Shown piece by piece: positions 11,719-20,915 of a stretch of DNA of 60,452 nt (positions are counted from its first letter, which is position 1; every line of letters begins with the position of its first letter). The translations under genes were made by a program, and so were the position numbers. Source of the stretch: Saprolegnia diclina VS20 (Eukaryota); contig NW_008246189.1 of the NCBI RefSeq assembly GCF_000281045.1, forward strand, positions 55,130-115,581, given 5' to 3'. The notes beneath the pieces are model-generated. The model was given only the letters and a program-made list of their open reading frames with translations, had not been told where the DNA came from and did not search any database.

Positions 11719-12368
11719 CTGTGCATGTCGACATAAGAGTTCCAACTTGTGCGAAAATTCGAGTCTCAATGCTGGTGGGTGGGCGACCGCATCACTCGCA
11801 CGCGGGTGGCGGACACTTCTGGCGGGGGCGCTGCTGCTGGCGCTGAGAGCTGGCGCTGAGCTGGTGGTGGCGACTTGCCACTGAATTCCATCTTGGCACT
11901 GGGCGGAGATCACTGGACGGATCGCGCGTGCCAGGTGGTGACAATCTCACTTTCGGACAACAGTACTCGATGAGCCAGAGTCTGTTTCCTATATGGTTGA
12001 CCAGAGGCGTGATGGTTGACACTGCGAGCGAGTTGGCGCCACGATCCGCCTCACCACCTGACGTGCGAGGTCTCAGGGTTCGCCCTTGAGGCTGGCACGG
12101 CGGTACGAACAGTGTAGCTGGTGGTGGGCTCAGTACCTTGGCGTTCGGTGCACTGGCGACTAGCTCAGTTCATAGAGACGGGGCGCTTCCGATGTTGTTG
12201 ACAGGCGAGGTACATGTCCAAATTTCAGGTCCGAATTGAACCATTTGAAATTCGGATCGGTTCAGCGATTCCAGGACCTTTTAATGTTTTCAACATATTG
12301 CATACAAATATCAAAGTTAGATAAAATTTGGAATTGTAGTACGCTGCCAGCGTTTCGGCCTGAAACGG

Positions 12369-13655
12369 ATGCAGTTGCGAATTGGCATGCGGCCGCGCGA
12401 TGAGAGCATGCTCGGGAAGCTCCTGGGGCACATGACGCGCAACGAGGACGACGACGACGATGACGTCGCGCTGCTTGAAGACGCGCAGGCTGTGGCGGCC
12501 GTCCGCCCGTCGACGCCCCGCCTGCCGTACCTCGCCTGGGACGGCGACGCGGTGCGCCCGAGCATGGCCCGTCCAGCGGCCGCGCCAAGCATGAGCCCGC
12601 GGCCGCAGCGCGAGACGATCCTCGTAACCGAATTTGCCTTTCTCCACGCGTCCTTTGCACCACCCTTCCCGCTCGACCCGACGGCGCCTGAGCCCGCTCC
12701 GTCCACCTGCAGCTCCAGCGAGGCCTCGTCCTTACCGCGCACCTTGTCGTTTGGCGGCCAAAAGCTTCGTCGCAGCGTGCGCCAACTCGTGCACGAGATC
12801 CAGACCGACGCGATCGGGACCCGACCAAGCCCTGCTTCCGACGACGACGAGGAGGAAAAGACGAGCGAGCGGGAGCTGCACATCACATCCAGCGTCCGCA
12901 ATCTCGTCCTCAACCTGCGCCGCGACTGCGAGCGGCACTCGCTGCAGCCTACGACTGTCGACAGCAGCGTCCTTGCTCGGCACGTCAGCCGCCGGCGCGG
13001 CTACTCGAGCCCCATGGAGTATCATCGGGGCCGGTCCACGACCGTCACGTCCTTGGCGTCGCAATCGGCCCCGCACAAGGTCGATTTTCTGCCGCGTTTG
13101 ATGTCCAACGTCACGACGTCGCTGCGTCGACTGAGTCTCATGCGCGCCACGGCGCGGGCGCCGCTGGTCGAAGCCGACGCGATCGACGGTGCGCGCTGGA
13201 AGATCGTCGAGCTCGCCTTTCGCTTTGGCGGCCCCCATCGGTATTACCTCGTGCAGGCCGTCAACATGTTTTACCCGCTGCAAAAGTTTGGCCGGCGCGG
13301 GTACCCGCACCCAACGCGACTGCTCTGCCACCAATATGGCACGCTGCAGTGGGAGCACAAGCGGGGCGGGTACTCGGCGCCAGTGGACCTTGCACTCGTC
13401 GAGCTCCTCGTCGACGGCCGGGCGACTGCCGTGTTCCAAAAGCAAAAGCGCGTCTCAAAACGCAACGAAGCGTGCTCGCTGAGCATCGTCTTTAGCGACC
13501 GGACGCTGGATCTTGAGACGAGCAGCGAAGACCACCGCGACTGGCTCAGCAGCGCCCTCCGCACGCTCGTGAATTACGCCAAGAAGCAGCGCCGCGCCGA
13601 ACACATTGTCGTCATGGAGGAAGACACCAAGCACCGCGCGCCCGTGATGGCATAA
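12369..13655 (+). CDS. Hypothetical protein with a C-terminal PH-like domain (PLC-type PH); start may be the second Met at 12387
   Basis: 428-aa ORF with a disordered N-terminus. C-terminal KFGRRGYPHPTRL...LQW...SLSIVFSDRTLDLETSSEDHRDWLSSALRTLV is a typical PH pattern. Confidence 0.75.
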   Translation: MQLRIGMRPRDESMLGKLLGHMTRNEDDDDDDVALLEDAQAVAAVRPSTPRLPYLAWDGDAVRPSMARPAAAPSMSPRPQRETILVTEFAFLHASFAPPFPLDPTAPEPAPSTCSSSEASSLPRTLSFGGQKLRRSVRQLVHEIQTDAIGTRPSPASDDDEEEKTSERELHITSSVRNLVLNLRRDCERHSLQPTTVDSSVLARHVSRRRGYSSPMEYHRGRSTTVTSLASQSAPHKVDFLPRLMSNVTTSLRRLSLMRATARAPLVEADAIDGARWKIVELAFRFGGPHRYYLVQAVNMFYPLQKFGRRGYPHPTRLLCHQYGTLQWEHKRGGYSAPVDLALVELLVDGRATAVFQKQKRVSKRNEACSLSIVFSDRTLDLETSSEDHRDWLSSALRTLVNYAKKQRRAEHIVVMEEDTKHRAPVMA

Positions 13656-13863
13656 GATCGGACCCCAGACATTATTGTACAATAGAGTGGATAGGAAAAA
13701 AGAGAGTTGTTGGTCCTCTGGACACCAGTAACATGAGAGCAAAAGAGGTGGCGTATGAACGCTCACCGAGCCACGCTTCCTTTAGACATCGAGTAGTACG
13801 GTGTGACAATGTTGGTTTATCGCATTCGAAAGTCGATTCATCGGCGAAAGCTGGGTATCTGCT

Positions 13864-15539
13864 CTACATGATCCAAGGTGATGGTTCCGCATCAGGCTCT
13901 GCTGCCCGACGCAAAAAGGAGTCGGGAAGGTCGCCACCGACCCGATCCCGCCGGTGTTGGCGCGTTGCAGCTGCGCAAGGAAGCGCGTGTCGAGGCTCGA
14001 GAGCAAGCTGAGACGCACCTCTATCACTCGACCAGGCGCTTCTTCGTACAGCACGTAGCAGTCTTCGCCCCGGAGGCTCATGCCGAGGTGTTTTCGGCAG
14101 CATTGATGCCGGGCAAAGAGCTCGTAGACGCTGCCGCCGACCGGTTGAAGCACTGCGCCGGTTGGCAGGCCCTGATAGACAAAGTGCATCGAGAGGCGTT
14201 GCTTGAGGTCCCAACCCTCTCGAAGCGCCGTCCGCCGCGTCCGTTTGGACGGTGCTGGGGCGACAACCTTGTGTGTTTTTTGGGAGGCACGACGGCACTT
14301 GGAAGCGACAATCAAGAGCACGGGCACGCTGCCAATGATGAGTGCATACAAAAGCAGCGCGTAGACCATCTCGGTGGCCTGCGCGTCGTCGGTTGTCGAG
14401 GCAAAGAGGTAGTGAAAGCAGGTCATAAGCGGCGGAATTTGCGCCAAGAGAAGCGTCAACGGACCTGCAATGAGCACCACCACGACTGCCACGAGCGTCG
14501 GATCTACGTCCGTTGTGAACCAGTGCTCTCGTTTCAGGGCTTTGGCGCCCGCTGACGCGAGCAAGATGACTCCGTACGCAAACAAGACGGTGCGCGAGAG
14601 GTAGAGGCACCCTAGGCAAAATGCCTGCGCATTCGCGACCTGGACCACGCGAACCGAGGCAGAAGCGAGGTAGTTGGGACTCGAGGCGACGTCAATGGCA
14701 AAGAAGAGGGGAACGATCGGGTGGAGTAAAATCACACTGGTGGGATCTCCAACAATAATCTCAAAAACCGTGCCAGGCCGCGCCTTGTACAGACCGTACT
14801 GATGCAAGCTCTGGAGCAAGTGCTGGTAGTGGCGGTAGTAGTGGCGCCACATGTAGTAGAGTATGTAGACGGCAAAGCAGACGCGACCAACGCACTTGAC
14901 GTACGCGGCAACTTGCGCGTGCGGTGCGATTTGGTACCCGAAGTAGATATTTGCTTTGTCCGAATAATCGCCGTCTTTCCTCGAGAGCCACAGCACGGAC
15001 AGCAGCACCGGCAGTCCGAGGCAGCGCGAAACGGCAACGTTGCCCGTCGCGTTCAATTCCCCATGCGCGACAAGTGTGGCCCAGCGCACTTGGTCGAGCG
15101 AGAAGTAAAAGGAGTAGGGCAGGGAGTCTACCCAGCTAGCAGACGTCTCATTCTCAAGCGGCAGTCGCAGTGAAGTCTGGAGCATGTCGAGGTCTTGGCT
15201 GTGGTAATAGCGATTGCGGTTCGACACCACCGAGGCATGGGCTTGAAAGAAGCGCAGCGCATCCGAGGTGCACATCGAGACGTTGACTGCACAGCGCGAC
15301 ACGAGTGCCGTCGCGTTCGTGTCGTGGGCCCACGGCAGTGGCTCGGACAAGTAGCTCACCAGCGGCCTACATACACACGTTAGCTACGGCGAAGCAACCA
15401 CCGCGTACATGGTGGCCACGTTGACTGCCATAACGACGCTAACGGCGACCGCGCGCCAATTCCAGCGCACGCCAAACACAGGTGGCAGCACGTCGACCGT
15501 CGGCGCCGAGCTTTTGGGTCGCACGCATGTTGTCTTCAT
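13864..15539 (-). CDS. Membrane family copy 5; probable 1-nt frameshift near the 3' end (as assembled the frame runs on to 13782)
   Basis: ATG 15539 (MKTTCVRPK...), intron 15367-15408, PLVSYLSEPLPW, IIVGDPTS, YLSRTVLFAYG, GGSVYELF, SLRGEDCYV. The family terminus SPWIM* lies in a shifted frame ending at 13864. Confidence 0.8.
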
Positions 15540-15659
15540 GGACGATGGCGCTTGTGAAACAGGTGTCGACAACGCCAGTGGTAACTGCTGTGGTCATTTT
15601 TCTTATATCTCAGCCTTTATTTGTCCTCTCTATCTATATATATAGATTGGTGTTTTGGC

Positions 15660-17300
15660 ATGCGAGTTGGCCCCAGCGATGCGTCGCTGCGCCACCGCGT
15701 CATCTTCAACCGACGGTCGCTGTGTGCAAGCATGCTCATGACGCTCAACCTCGTTCTCATGTACACGCATGCGTCCGACGACTCTACGCTTATCGTCTCT
15801 TGCGTGTGTAGGCCGCTGAAAGCCTACATTACCGAGCCGTTTCCGTGGACGCCAGCGCGGGAACTCGCCGACTGCGGTAGCAACTTTACGGCGTGTGCGC
15901 CCACCCTCTTGGCGTTCTACCAAGCAGCAGCGACGCCCGTCTCGGGTGCCTACTACGTTGCCAGTGACGTCGTCGATATCTACGCGCTCGAGCTGCCCAC
16001 CACCTTGTCGCCCGACGCCTTTGAACAAAAGGCGCCATTTCACATGCTCTACTCGGACGCGCAGCGCGACTATTCGCGGTCAATTTCGGTCGCCAATTCG
16101 ACCGTGAATAGCAACGGCAGTGTGGCGCGCGTTATGTTTGCCAGTGTCCCAGCGCTCTACAATGCGGCGTGGGCCGTGCGTGGGCTCAACACAACTGGTG
16201 CGTACTTTGCACTGCAGCGGGCGCCGTCAACGACGCTCTGGCTGTGTATCAAGCTCGCGTACCGGGTCGCGCTCTCCGGCTATATACTGCGGTGTATTTG
16301 GCGCGAGTACTTTGTCCATTACAAGCACTTGGCCAGCAGCCTTGGCGCGTCGGGGCTCGACGTCGCACCGCACGGAAGCCGCTTTGAAATTCTCGTCGGC
16401 GACCCCACGAGCATCATCTTGCTCAACCATTTCGTGTCCCTCGCCTTTGTCATTGACGTGTACATGAGCCCCGACTACTTTGTTCGGTCGCTGCAACGCG
16501 TCGAGCAGCTCGAGAACATTCCGGCGTTCGCGCTTGCGTCCTTGTACCTCTCGCGGACCGTGTGGTTTGCCTACGGCGCGCTGAGCTGCTTTTCCTGCGT
16601 CGTGCGCAAAAAGCACTGGCAAGACGCCTACGAAGACGTAGACCCAAGTCTTGTCGCGCTTGCCGTCGCTCTCACGGCGGGACCGCTGACGTACCTCCAA
16701 GTGCAAATTCCGCTCGTCTCGGCCGTATACAACCTCCTTTTCACTGTGTTTGAGTCCAGCGCAGTGGCGATTGAGCTCGCCTGGTCCTTTCTCCTCTATA
16801 CGACCATTATGGGGTCCCTCCCAATCGCGTTTGCGGTTGGTACGCGTTGGCAGCGGGTTTGCGCGCGTCGCCTTCGTCATGTGACGTCCCGCGTGCACTC
16901 GCTGGCCGACGTGTGCGACCACGCGGCATTTGCCACCAACGACTTGAAACACCGATGGACGCTTCGCTGGAGCCTCTTTTCTTGGCAGGCGTGGTGTCGT
17001 CGTCGTGACACGCCGACTGTCATCGAGCACGTGGGTGGCAGCGTCTACAAGCTCTTTGAGAGGAGCCGCAAGTACAAGCGGGAGCTCGGCATCAGCCAGC
17101 GGGGCGCCGACTGCTATGTCTTGTTCGAAACAAGTGAAAACGAACTCACAAGCGTCCGCCTCAGCCTCCTCGCGACCGTTGATATGAGTCACCTGCCAGT
17201 GATGACGGTCGCCAAGTACGCCGTTGGTCGCATCGAATTTCGGAGTGACGGCACCGCCGTCGTCGTCCAAGGCCGGAACGCGTCGCCGTGGGTAATGTAG
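15660..17300 (+). CDS. Membrane family copy 6
   Basis: ATG 15660 (MRVGPSDAS...), 51-nt in-frame intron 15761-15811, PLKAYITEPFPW, family motifs; ends SPWVM*. Confidence 0.88.
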   Translation: MRVGPSDASLRHRVIFNRRSLCASMLMTLNLVLMYTHASDDSTLIVSCVCRPLKAYITEPFPWTPARELADCGSNFTACAPTLLAFYQAAATPVSGAYYVASDVVDIYALELPTTLSPDAFEQKAPFHMLYSDAQRDYSRSISVANSTVNSNGSVARVMFASVPALYNAAWAVRGLNTTGAYFALQRAPSTTLWLCIKLAYRVALSGYILRCIWREYFVHYKHLASSLGASGLDVAPHGSRFEILVGDPTSIILLNHFVSLAFVIDVYMSPDYFVRSLQRVEQLENIPAFALASLYLSRTVWFAYGALSCFSCVVRKKHWQDAYEDVDPSLVALAVALTAGPLTYLQVQIPLVSAVYNLLFTVFESSAVAIELAWSFLLYTTIMGSLPIAFAVGTRWQRVCARRLRHVTSRVHSLADVCDHAAFATNDLKHRWTLRWSLFSWQAWCRRRDTPTVIEHVGGSVYKLFERSRKYKRELGISQRGADCYVLFETSENELTSVRLSLLATVDMSHLPVMTVAKYAVGRIEFRSDGTAVVVQGRNASPWVM

Positions 17301-17609
17301 GTCCGAGATAAATACATGATCTTAGTCATTAATAATCATGCGCACAACGTGTTATCAAGGACATTGGTGTCACTGATGTCAGCAAAGACAGCTCGTTGCC
17401 CGTCCACACGTCCCCGCACGGAGGAACCCTACCCCTATGCGAGCTGATTTGCACTCCACGAGCATTTGGTTTTATGCAGATCTCCCGCTGGTTGCCACGG
17501 CATAGGCACTGTGTACATTGCATTGCGAGTCAAAGTTTCGCGATGTCACGCAAAGAGCGTTAAAAGTCTATGTAAATGGAAATTACTCGGCTCGGATCCG
17601 TCCTGGATG

Positions 17610-19336
17610 CTAAAACTCGACATGAATCGCGTGATCGGCCGGTGGGATGACCCTACGTCACAACAAATAAGAGGCGATTCAAAAGCGTCGCGGTGTACCC
17701 CAACCCGAGGCGCGACGGGTCGAATGTCGGCGGTGCAAAGCCTGGCACCAGACGCAGCGATGGAAGGTGCTGCAGTACGAGCGCGACCCACATCTTGATC
17801 TACCAAAAAACCATCAGCAACGGAGGCATCCACATCCACAATGTACTTGGTTCTTCGCAAAGTACCGGCCGGGGCACATATTGGCGCCCATGCCAAACGG
17901 TTTGAACGCCTCCAGCTGCGCTTTTGTCGCGTGCACAAAGCGGTCGTACCTACAAGCGGGTCGTGAGTTTGCAGCGTAGCGTACACTAGTAACGGACTGG
18001 AATCGGGTCGGGTCGGGGAAAAGGGTTGGGTCAAAGTGTCCGAGACTCGGAAAGATTGCGATGCGGTCGCCTTTCTCGAAATGATATGTCGTCTACACAG
18101 CAATGAACATCGGATGTTTAGAGAGAAAATAGTACCTTGTCCAGGACCATGTCCGTGGGCTCGACCGCCACCCGAAGGAGCATCGACGACGCAGCGAGGC
18201 GCAAGCACTCGTCGATTGTGCTGTCTAAAAGCACGCACTTTTGCAGCATCTCTTGGGTCCACGGCGCTGCCGCAGTGTCAGCGAGCGGCGTCTTGTCCAA
18301 GTGCGCATCAATTTCATCTCGAACAGCCGTCAGCGCTGCGGGGGTTGCGAGCAAATGAAAGAGCGCCCAGAACGCTGTCGGAATCGAATTGGCGCTGGCG
18401 GCCCAGAGAATTTCGAGGTGGCAACTTGCACGGTCGGTCGCACTGCCGCACGCCAGCGTCGGAAGCGCCTACGTCGCAAAGAATAGTGAGTACTACTGCT
18501 AGAAACGGCGTTGAATACGGACCGCCGCTCGCGCCTGCACCAATGGCGCGCCGTCCGTCAACGGTGCGGCTTTGAAGGCATCAATGAGGCGTTGTCGGCT
18601 CGCCATGGCCTTGGAGAGAAACACTAGGTCGTCATGATGAGCCTCTTCTTCCAGAGAAGGTGCAATAAGAAACCATACCAGACGGAACGCAGCCAGCGAC
18701 GAGGAGCGGAAAGGCTGCGTCAAAGGCCAGAAAATCATCGGCCATGCACGGGTGCGCTGCGAGGACGGTCTCGCCAAACATGGCGGCCGACCCCGACGCA
18801 AAGATCGCGTGCTCCACGAGCGTCAAAAGCGACACAATATGTGTTTGTGGTGCAAGCGTGGCCAAGACGGCGCGCTGGCAGCCGAACGTGCGCTGAATGA
18901 GGTCGACGACGGCGCCGCGGTTGGCCAAGTACGGTGTCGGCAGCGCATTGAAGCGTGTGAGGTTCGCGTCGGTCTTGCGCAGGTCGTTGCGGTAGTGCGT
19001 AAACGTTGGGTCTTGGCCAAATGCAACTTGCTCGATCTCGGAAAAGACGGGCTTGTGGCTCAGCGTCTTGGACTTAAGGATCGTGGCGTAGTGCTTTGGC
19101 GACGTGAAGAACGTCATGCGCTTCCCGGCGAGAAGCACGGTGAAGACGCTGCCGTGCGTGGCTTGACACTGGTTGAGAAATGCGATTGGGTCCTTGGAAA
19201 ACGCGAGCGAGGACCCGAGAAATGGGATCCAGTACGAGACAAGCGGGATGTTGCTGCGGACGCTCGGCTTCGACCAGACCAGCACGAGCACGAGGAGCGA
19301 GGCCAGCGCCAGGAGAGCACTTGTGATGTCCGACAT
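17610..19336 (-). CDS. Cytochrome P450, CYP7/CYP8-like (sterol 7-alpha-hydroxylase-like), 7 exons
   Basis: N-terminal TM anchor then WIPFLGSSLAF; I-helix LWAASANSIPTAFWALF; K-helix LDSTIDECLRL; PTRFQYDRF; heme motif PFGMGANMCPGRYFA; C-terminus DPSRLGLGVIPP. Introns 18624-18678, 18469-18522, 18093-18135, 17950-17997, 17800-17846 and 17653-17698. Confidence 0.92.
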
Positions 19337-19838
19337 GAAAGCCAAAGTGAACAAGATGAAAGATCGGGAGCTGATTACGCTGGTGCGATATGGCGCCAAT
19401 CACGAATCGACTCGGTATCCCACGCGCAGATTTGCGAATCCGGCTTGGCCGAAGTAGAAGCACAGGCTATGGAATATGGGCTGTACTAGTACTATGTAGT
19501 GTGTCTCGCGTACTACTGTAGTCATGTCGCTAGGCTATTGCAAGCTACAGGAATTGTGGTCCGGGCTTGCGTTTTTGCGACCTTTCCGTGTTTGCGATCT
19601 TCCATTCAGAAGCAGCCGTTTCAGAATCGCATGTTTTGAAGCGTTTTGATTTGTCCGTTGCCGACACACAACACTGTGATTGGCTGGAGGATTGCGATAT
19701 GGATCTCCCAAGGTCGGATCCAGTGTTACGCTGCAGGTTGCTTCAAGTGGCACCCAGAACTCTACATGCAAAGTTCTGTCCTATCGCAAAGTGGCATCGA
19801 ACTAGACCATTTCAAAGAGTGTTTGGGGTAGCGTACAA

Positions 19839-20105
19839 CTACATCTCGCTCTCGGACGTGCTAGGCGTCGAGGTCTTTTGCCACGTGATACCAAAGGACA
19901 TGGCGAGGTCGCTTCTTCCTTGGGCAGTCGGCTCGAACTTTTTCCTTCGGTACCGAAGCGCTTTTCGCGCCAAAAAAGTGTTGATGGCGGATGTCGGCTC
20001 GCATGCGTGGCTCATGAGTCGTCCGAGCACTGCCTCCGTGCGCCGCCGGACAAGATCGTCCGTGTACGTCAGCAGCAGCGCACGAGGCTCTCGGCAGTGC
20101 GACAT
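19839..20105 (-). CDS. Small (88 aa) basic hypothetical protein with a FGITWxK motif
   Basis: MSHCREPRALLLTYTDDLVRRRTEAVLGRL...MSFGITWQKTS. A paralogous 3' end (FGITWHKA) lies at 20729-20815. Confidence 0.45.
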   Translation of the reverse strand: MSHCREPRALLLTYTDDLVRRRTEAVLGRLMSHACEPTSAINTFLARKALRYRRKKFEPTAQGRSDLAMSFGITWQKTSTPSTSESEM

Positions 20106-20728
20106 CGCGGTGGAAATCAAAGTGAAGACTGCCGGTACGGGGCAGCAGCCAGCGCCGCGTCTTTGTCACGTCCGCTCCCACCATGGTGGGGCGCTGATTA
20201 CGCGCCGCTTGGTGTCGAATCTATGCACCTTGGTGGCACAAAAAGATATATAAATACGCTGCGTCCGGAATTCCGAGACTGCCGAGCCAATCCGCTTGCG
20301 TAGCTTGGATCTGTGTTCGAAGGACAAGTCAATGCCCGCCGCGCGGTTTATGCACACCGACCTGTTGCAGCGCTGGACGATTTGACGCACAGCAACAGTG
20401 TGCCAGGACGCATGGGCCAATCAGAAGGGTGGTAGCCGCCAACCCAACTCCACGTGCTCCGATTCGACCAGTACACGAGAATCGAGTTGAGCCGTTCCAA
20501 CGCTCTTGTGGTACTTCCAGGAGCTGTCGGGAAGTTGAGTTATTTTGTCCAGATCAAAGCGATACTCCGAGCGCCGGCTATGTATTTTTGCGTTTAGCCT
20601 TCTTGTCTCTGACCCGCCACGGCTAGCGGTCAATCAAATCACGAAAACTATGTGTACTTTCGGCAGTGTCGGATGCAGGTCAAATCCACTCTATTTGAGC
20701 AGTTAAATACGTTGTTCTATGCGATCGA

Positions 20729-20815
20729 CTAGGCTTTTGTGGCGACCACTGCCTTGTGCCACGTGATGCCAAAGCGAGCGCCGACGTCACAGCCGTCGTT
20801 GGATTGCAGCTCGCG
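20729..20815 (-). CDS. 3' fragment of a second FGITWxK small protein; its 5' part is lost in the gap
   Basis: ...RELQSNDGCDVGARFGITWHKAVVATKA* begins at the gap edge, with DNA similarity to about 19877-19940. Confidence 0.4.
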   Translation of the reverse strand, partial: RELQSNDGCDVGARFGITWHKAVVATKA

Positions 20816-20915
20816 NNNNNNNNNNNNNNNNNNNNNNNNNNNNNNNNNNNNNNNNNNNNNNNNNNNNNNNNNNNNNNNNNNNNNNNNNNNNNNNNNNNNN
20901 NNNNNNNNNNNNNNN
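20816..20915. other. Assembly gap (100 N, probably nominal size)
   Basis: Run of exactly 100 N; the two flanks belong to different genes. Confidence 0.99.

Noticed and set aside
19567..20253. 228-aa plus-strand ORF
   Set aside because: Non-ATG start, no motifs, and it overlaps the better-supported minus-strand microprotein.
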